From an uncultured Gammaproteobacteria bacterium (GTDB lineage: Bacteria > Patescibacteriota > Microgenomatia > Levybacterales > UBA12049): a DNA stretch of 64,000 nucleotides. Below, in pieces: positions 58,667 through 64,000 of the stretch. The position numbers were made by a program, and so were the translations under genes. Within the stretch, counting starts at the first letter, position 1. Each line of letters begins with the position of its first letter. The stretch covers positions 447,555 through 511,554 of the forward strand of contig CAZKJM010000001.1 in NCBI GenBank assembly GCA_964553245.1. The letters run 5' to 3'. Below the pieces are notes generated by a model. The model did no database searches, was not told where the DNA came from, and saw nothing but the letters and a program-made list of their open reading frames with translations.

Positions 58667-59358
58667 AAATAAAAAAACACGGAAATTTAAGATATGTAGA
58701 TGAGGGAAAAGGTGATGCTATTCTGTTTTTTCATGGCTGGGCTGTAACTCCTTTTTCGTACCTTAATTCAATCAAATTCTTAGCAAAGGATTTTAGGGTA
58801 ATAGCCCCATTTATAGATTCATTTAGAAAATTTAAAAGCATAACAAAAGATACGGAAGATCTTTTGAAAAACTTACAAATAGAAAAAGTATTAGTTATTG
58901 GTCATTCTGCAGGAGGAATTACGGCAGCTAGTTTTGTAGCAAATTGCAATAAGTCTTCTTCGGGATTAATACTTATTAACTCAGCCGGAATAAAAACTAA
59001 AAAAAACGTCTCTATACATATGTTAAAATGGCTTAATTATTTACGTATATTAGTTACTAGACATATACAGCATTTTTCCTTAATGATAATGGATTTTTTA
59101 AGAAATTTGCTATTTTTTAAAGATTTGATAGACGAAGCAATTTTTATTAGAAATTATTCATTTAATGACCTTAGCTTGAATATTCCCGTTTTTATTATTT
59201 GGGGTAAGGATGATCATTTAATATCGGTTAATAATGCTTATGAATTAAATAAAATTTTTGTCGGATCAAAGCTGGAAATTGTTGAAGGTGATCACGAATG
59301 GCTTGCAGAAAATCCGCAATTACTGGTTAAAAAAATTAAGGAATTTTTAGAAAAATGA
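58663..59358 (+). CDS. Alpha/beta hydrolase fold protein
   Basis: Nucleophile elbow GHSAGG and the C-terminal GDHE. Confidence 0.5.
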   Translation: MKIKKHGNLRYVDEGKGDAILFFHGWAVTPFSYLNSIKFLAKDFRVIAPFIDSFRKFKSITKDTEDLLKNLQIEKVLVIGHSAGGITAASFVANCNKSSSGLILINSAGIKTKKNVSIHMLKWLNYLRILVTRHIQHFSLMIMDFLRNLLFFKDLIDEAIFIRNYSFNDLSLNIPVFIIWGKDDHLISVNNAYELNKIFVGSKLEIVEGDHEWLAENPQLLVKKIKEFLEK

Positions 59359-60470
59359 AGATTGCTATAGTTCACGATTATATAAAAGAATACGGTGGAG
59401 CAGAAAGGGTTTTGGAGACTCTTCACGAAATTTATCCGGATGCACCGATTTTTACCTCTGTTTATCTACCAAAGTATTTAGGACCACATAAAAAACGGTT
59501 TAAAAAAATGGACATTAGAGCTTCTTTTTTACAAAATCTACCATTTAAATCAAAGTTAATTAGCCCGATAAGACTTATTGCACCAATGCTTTTTAGGCGT
59601 TTTGATTTTTCTAAATTCGATGTTGTAATTGTTTCTGCAACCGGAGCATATACTCCAAACGCAATTAATAAAAACAATGCAGTGCAAGTTTGTTATTGTC
59701 ATACGCCGCCAAGATATTTATACGGTTTTGCAACGGCAAGAGAATGGAAGAATAATATAGTCTTTAGAATTTTAGGAGAAATTGCAAACCATTTTTTAAG
59801 ACTTACCGATTTTAAATCATCGGAAACCGTGGATTATTTTATAGCAAATTCAGAAAATGTAAGAAGAAGAATCCAAAAATTTTATAAAAAAGACGCGAAA
59901 GTAATATATCCACCTGTAGAAACAAATCCTAAATCCAAAGTTCTAAAATCTAAAAAAATACAAAACACAAAATATTATCTTGCCGGGGGGAGGTTGGCAA
60001 GACCAAAGCACATAGATTTAATTATAGAAACGTGTTCCAAAAATGATATTCCGCTTAAAGTTTTTGGGAAGGCATTTGCCGGTTATGGAAAGGAATTAAA
60101 AAATATCGCCGGTCCAACGGTTGAATTTTTAGGAGAAGTTACAGATGAGGAAAAATTAGCTTTAATGAAAAACGCAAAAGCGTTTATTTTTGCTTCGGAA
60201 GATGAGGATTTTGGTATCACGCCTGTTGAGGCAATGTCGGTTGGCACGCCTGTTATTGCTTATGCATCGGGTGGAGTCTTAGAGTCGGTTATAGACGGCA
60301 AGACAGGTTTATTTTTTAATGAATTAACAGTAGGAAATATAAGAAAAGCGATAGAGAAACTTCAAAAAACAAAAATTAACAAGCAAGATTGTATAAAACA
60401 AGCCCAAAGTTTTAGTAAGGCAAGGTTTAAAAGAGAAATAAAAAAGTTTGTGGAAGCAAGAATAAATTAG
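59355..60470 (+). CDS. Glycosyltransferase family 4 (GT-B)
   Basis: C-terminal EX7E-type motif (ASEDEDFGITPVEAMSVGTPVIAYASGG). Confidence 0.75.
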   Translation: MKIAIVHDYIKEYGGAERVLETLHEIYPDAPIFTSVYLPKYLGPHKKRFKKMDIRASFLQNLPFKSKLISPIRLIAPMLFRRFDFSKFDVVIVSATGAYTPNAINKNNAVQVCYCHTPPRYLYGFATAREWKNNIVFRILGEIANHFLRLTDFKSSETVDYFIANSENVRRRIQKFYKKDAKVIYPPVETNPKSKVLKSKKIQNTKYYLAGGRLARPKHIDLIIETCSKNDIPLKVFGKAFAGYGKELKNIAGPTVEFLGEVTDEEKLALMKNAKAFIFASEDEDFGITPVEAMSVGTPVIAYASGGVLESVIDGKTGLFFNELTVGNIRKAIEKLQKTKINKQDCIKQAQSFSKARFKREIKKFVEARIN

Positions 60471-60475
60471 CAGTA

Positions 60476-60560
60476 TGCCGGAGTTGCCAGAAGTTGACCC
60501 CATAGAGATTTTACCTCGCGCCAGAGGCTTACAGCCTCGTGCTCGCGAGGGGCAATTCTA
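60476..60560 (+). repeat. Partial duplication of the fpg 5' end (ATGCCGGAGTTGCCAGAAGTTGA, giving a 'MPELPEVDPI*' pseudo-start) followed by a GC-rich extended hairpin
   Basis: Compare the true fpg start ATGCCAGAGTTGCCGGAGGTAGAA at 60594. The hairpin is CCTCGCGCCAGAGGCT-TAC-AGCCTCGTGCTCGCGAGG (about 13 bp in two segments). Confidence 0.6.
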
Positions 60561-60593
60561 CGGGGCAAGAACATTAAAGGAGGTTGATTATTA

Positions 60594-61499
60594 ATGCCAG
60601 AGTTGCCGGAGGTAGAAACGTTGAGGCTTGGTTTAGTCAAATATGTTGTAGGGCATAAGATTTTAGATGTGGAAATAAGAGTTCCCAAGATTTTTCAGGG
60701 TGACAAAAATAAAATTATTGGTGCAAAAATTATTGGAGTAAAAAGAATAGGGAAAGGATTGATAATAGAACTTGATAATGGATTTTGCCTTGCAGTTCAC
60801 CTTAAAATGACCGGACAGTTAATTTACAGGGGGAAGGAAACTAAGGATATTGTTCTTTCAAAAAAAACAGGTGGTGATTTACCTTCAAAGTACAGCCACG
60901 TCATATTTAAGCTCAAAAATCCTCCGCCAGCCGGCGGATCAAAACTTAAAAATGACAAGCCCGATTCTTTTCTATATTTTAACGATTTAAGAAAATTCGG
61001 CTGGGTTAAGGTTTTAAAAAGAGAAGAAGTTGAAGAATTAGCGTTTTTTAAAGAAATGGGTCCAGAGCCATACAAAAAAACCGATTTAAATCGGTTGGTT
61101 TTGACTTTAAAAAGATTTTCCGAGTTAATAAAAAAAAATAACTTAGCAATTAAAGTTTTTTTGATGGATCAAAAAAGAATTGGAGGAATTGGTAATATTT
61201 ATGCAAACGAAGCATTATTCATGGCTGGGTTAGATCCAAGAAGAAAAGCCAATCAACTTACAGACAATGAAATAAGAAAACTTTATTCCTCAGTTTTTAA
61301 CGTAATTAAACAAGGATTAAAGTATGGCGGATCATCGGATGAGAATTTTATTAATGTTTTAGGACAGGAAGGTGCTTATCAACAGCATTTTTTGGTTTAC
61401 AATAGAAAGGGTAAAAAATGTCATCAATGTAAAGGATTTATCAACAAAATAAAGCTTGGAGGTAGAGGTACATATTTCTGTCCAAATTGCCAAAAATAA
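60594..61499 (+). CDS. mutM: Formamidopyrimidine-DNA glycosylase (Fpg/MutM)
   Basis: N-terminal MPELPEVE (catalytic P2/E3) and a C-terminal zinc finger (CHQCKG…CPNCQ). Confidence 0.85.
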   Translation: MPELPEVETLRLGLVKYVVGHKILDVEIRVPKIFQGDKNKIIGAKIIGVKRIGKGLIIELDNGFCLAVHLKMTGQLIYRGKETKDIVLSKKTGGDLPSKYSHVIFKLKNPPPAGGSKLKNDKPDSFLYFNDLRKFGWVKVLKREEVEELAFFKEMGPEPYKKTDLNRLVLTLKRFSELIKKNNLAIKVFLMDQKRIGGIGNIYANEALFMAGLDPRRKANQLTDNEIRKLYSSVFNVIKQGLKYGGSSDENFINVLGQEGAYQQHFLVYNRKGKKCHQCKGFINKIKLGGRGTYFCPNCQK

Positions 61500-61566
61500 C
61501 ACATTGACGTTATTCAAACTGTATGCTAAGATCAGGATCTAGCAACCTAAAAATTGCTAGTTTTTT

Positions 61567-62316
61567 ATGCCTAAAAAATGGTTAAAGCGTAAACTTGGAA
61601 GAGAAAAGCGAACACCAAATTCGTATACGGAAAAAATCGTAATTTCCGTAGGTGGATCTTTAATTATTCCCAATGGGGGAATTGATAAGGAATTTCTTTG
61701 CAAATTAAACAAATTTATTAGAAATCAACTGGCAAGAAACAAACACCGCCAGTTTTTTTTAATTACAGGAGGAGGTAAGACAACAAGACATTATCAAAAG
61801 GCAGCAATGGACGTGGTAGGTAAATTAGCAAACGAAGACTTAGACTGGATCGGAATACATGCAACAAGACTAAATGCTCACTTGGTAAGAACAATCTTTA
61901 GAGACATAGCACATCCTTACATAATTAAGGATTACGAAACAATTTTAAAACCCATAGAACCGGTTGTGATTGCCTCTGGATGGAAACCGGGGTGGTCAAC
62001 GGATTACGACGCTGTAATTATTTGTGAAGATTATGGTGCAAAACAAATAATTAATTTAAGTAACATTAATATGGCTTACGATAAAGATCCTAAGAAATAT
62101 AAAGATGCAAAACCGATAAGGAAAACAACTTGGAGAGAGTTCAGAAAAATAGTCGGTAGTAAATGGACGCCCGGAATGAATGCTCCGTTTGATCCAATTG
62201 CCGCTAAAAAGGCGGAAGAATTAAAGCTCAAAGCAGTATTGATGAGCGGGAAAAATTTTGAAAATTTAAACAATTTTTTGGACGGAAACAAATTCGTAGG
62301 AACTGTAATTGAATAA
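61567..62316 (+). CDS. pyrH: UMP kinase (amino-acid-kinase family, archaeal-like short form)
   Basis: IVISVGGSLI… and ITGGG motifs of the AAK fold. Confidence 0.55.
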   Translation: MPKKWLKRKLGREKRTPNSYTEKIVISVGGSLIIPNGGIDKEFLCKLNKFIRNQLARNKHRQFFLITGGGKTTRHYQKAAMDVVGKLANEDLDWIGIHATRLNAHLVRTIFRDIAHPYIIKDYETILKPIEPVVIASGWKPGWSTDYDAVIICEDYGAKQIINLSNINMAYDKDPKKYKDAKPIRKTTWREFRKIVGSKWTPGMNAPFDPIAAKKAEELKLKAVLMSGKNFENLNNFLDGNKFVGTVIE

Positions 62317-62360
62317 CCTCAAATTGAAAAATGTTCCCCAAGACTGTAAAATGCTTGTAC

Positions 62361-63443
62361 ATGTTTTTAAAATCCCTCGCGCTAAATAACTTTAGGAATT
62401 ATCAAAAATTGGAGTTGGAATTTAACCCCAAAACAACAGTTGTTATAGGACCAAATACTTATGGAAAAAGTAATTTGGCAGAAGCCATATTTTTGCTTTC
62501 TACTGGAAAAAGTTTTAGAGCAGAAAAAGATTTTGAAATGATTAAATTTGGCGAGGATGTTGCAAGGGTTATTGGAGAAGCTGGAGATATAAAACTAGAA
62601 GCAGTTTTAGCGATTGGGCAAAATAACGGGAAAAACGGATTTTTAAAAAAGCTTTTGGTAAACGGAATTTCAAGAAGAAGAATTGACTTTGCTGCAAATT
62701 TATCTGTAGTTTTATTTTCTCCGGAGGATTTAGATATTATTATAGATTCTCCTAGTTTAAGAAGAAATTTTTTAGATAATGTTTTAGAGCAAACAGACAG
62801 AGAGTATAGGCTTTCTTTAATTAATTATACCAAAGCTTTAAGGCAAAGAAACGCGCTTTTAGAAAGAATAAGGGAAGTACATGCAGACAGCTTAAAAACT
62901 CAAAGCTTTGGAGATGAGAAACAACTTGAATATTGGAATAATATTTTAATTGAAAACGGAGAAAAAATTACTTTAAAAAGGGAAGAATTTTTAGAATTTG
63001 TTAATAGCCAGTCAAAAGATCTTTTTGATTTTATGACAATTTACGATAAAAGTATTATTTCTCATCAAAGATTGTTGCAGTATAAAAACGAGGAAGTTTT
63101 TGCAGGAGTAACTTTAGTTGGTCCGCATAGGGATGATTTTTCTCTTTCCATGTTTGATAAAGAGAGGCAATCTACGCACGACATTAAACATTATGGATCA
63201 AGAGGACAGCAAAGGTTGGCAATTTTACAACTTAAGCTTTTAGAGCTATTGTTTATAGAAAAAAAATTAGGATATAGACCTTTGCTTTTACTTGATGATA
63301 TTTTTTCGGAACTTGACGAAGATCACATAAGATTGGTGCTTGAGGTTATAGATAAACAGCAGACAATTATTACAACAACACATAAAGAGTTTATTCCGAA
63401 AAAAATATTAGCTAAAATGCAAATAGTTGAATTAAAAAAATGA
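62361..63443 (+). CDS. recF: DNA replication and repair protein RecF
   Basis: LKSLALNNFRNY, Walker A GPNTYGKSNLAEAI and the signature/D-loop LLLDDIFSELD. The start is probably the Met at 62361 rather than the track start 62331. Confidence 0.8.
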   Translation: MFLKSLALNNFRNYQKLELEFNPKTTVVIGPNTYGKSNLAEAIFLLSTGKSFRAEKDFEMIKFGEDVARVIGEAGDIKLEAVLAIGQNNGKNGFLKKLLVNGISRRRIDFAANLSVVLFSPEDLDIIIDSPSLRRNFLDNVLEQTDREYRLSLINYTKALRQRNALLERIREVHADSLKTQSFGDEKQLEYWNNILIENGEKITLKREEFLEFVNSQSKDLFDFMTIYDKSIISHQRLLQYKNEEVFAGVTLVGPHRDDFSLSMFDKERQSTHDIKHYGSRGQQRLAILQLKLLELLFIEKKLGYRPLLLLDDIFSELDEDHIRLVLEVIDKQQTIITTTHKEFIPKKILAKMQIVELKK

Positions 63444-64000
63444 TTGACTTTAGTATCGAAGAATTAAAAAAACTTTATAAACCTGCTTTCAATTCGCACA
63501 AGGGACAGAACGGAAAATTAATGATAATTGGCGGATCTAAGCTGTTTCACGCAGCATCACTTTGGTCTTTAAAAGTAGCAAGTAGAATTGTTGATATGGT
63601 TTTTTATTCGTCTGTTCCGGAAAACAACCAAATAATAATAGAACAGAAAAAAGAATTTCGAGACGGAATTATTATTCCAAGAGATAAAATTGATAATTAC
63701 ATACAGGAAGCAGATTGTATCTTAATCGGACCTGGTCTTCCTAGAAAAAATGGGGAAGAGGCCGGAGATGACGACACAAAAGAGCTTTCTGAAAGATTGC
63801 TTAAAAAATACAAAGATAAAAAATTGGTTATAGATGGAGGAAGCCTGCAGGTAATAGATCCGGAATTTATTCCTCATGGATCGATATTAACACCACACCA
63901 CAGGGAGTTTAGAGACCTCAAATTAAAAATTAAAAATGAAAAATTAAAAATTACAATTCAAAATTCAAAAATTGAAGAACAAGCCCAAATATTTGCTAGG
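63440..64000 (+). CDS. NAD(P)H-hydrate dehydratase (YjeF C-terminal / Nnr-like), truncated at the window end
   Basis: Manual translation gives MIDFSIEELKKLYKPAFNSHKGQNGKLMIIGGSKLFHAASLW…, which matches the family (HKGxxG…GG…GA). The ATG overlaps the recF stop (ATGA). The track omits it because no stop lies in the window. Confidence 0.65.
   Translation, partial: MIDFSIEELKKLYKPAFNSHKGQNGKLMIIGGSKLFHAASLWSLKVASRIVDMVFYSSVPENNQIIIEQKKEFRDGIIIPRDKIDNYIQEADCILIGPGLPRKNGEEAGDDDTKELSERLLKKYKDKKLVIDGGSLQVIDPEFIPHGSILTPHHREFRDLKLKIKNEKLKITIQNSKIEEQAQIFAR

Noticed and set aside
60467-60688. 73-aa - strand track ORF
   Set aside because: It is antisense across the fpg upstream hairpin and the fpg start, and is a GC-rich-hairpin artefact.
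63890-64000. A-rich periodic sequence (aaaaattaaaaatgaaaaattaaaaatt…) near the window end as a repeat element
   Set aside because: It is in-frame within the truncated Nnr-like CDS and simply encodes a Lys/Ile/Asn-rich linker (KLKIKNEKLKITIQNSKIEE). It is low-complexity AT-rich coding sequence, not a discrete element.

Overview
This is an AT-rich, gene-dense bacterial chromosome segment (roughly one-third GC by eye). Many adjacent genes overlap by 4 nt in the 'ATGA' stop/start arrangement. It reads like a streamlined, probably monoderm genome, possibly a CPR/Patescibacteria-like lineage. Supporting signs are a class II B12-dependent RNR, an archaeal-type UMP kinase, a tRNA-Ile with a UAU anticodon, and a DUF2207 protein.

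The main system is a type IV secretion / conjugative-pilus-like locus at 1-14196. It contains a VirB4-family ATPase, a polytopic VirB6/TrbL-like protein, and four tandem VirB2/TrbC-like pilin paralogues, one fused to a large extracellular N-terminal domain. It also has a VirB3/PrgI-like fusion protein and an unannotated edge-truncated Gly-rich membrane protein that may start a cell-wall hydrolase domain. A P-loop NTPase::OmpR-wHTH regulator and a divergently placed 900-aa protein with no recognisable domains lie inside the locus. No VirB7/9/10/11 homologues are evident. A VirD4/TraG-like coupling ATPase sits about 29 kb away, next to a tRNA and a tyrosine recombinase.

Between them are a tRNA island with all four tRNA-Ser isoacceptors plus tRNA-Arg(GCG), and an unannotated tmRNA downstream of smpB. 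Two small stand-alone GIY-YIG proteins each abut a tRNA or the tmRNA. Housekeeping genes include two tandem class A PBPs, SpoIID-like, MurI/MurD, FtsH, glycolysis and pentose-phosphate enzymes, NrdR-NrdJ with an NrdR box, Tgt, TrpS, Fpg, RecF, UMP kinase and others. A candidate cobalamin riboswitch lies between nrdJ and a PduO-type adenosyltransferase.

The ORF track missed the edge-truncated CDS at 1..1952 (-), a second truncated CDS at 63440..64000 (+), all seven tRNAs and the tmRNA. Several track ORFs are antisense or tRNA-overlapping artefacts.
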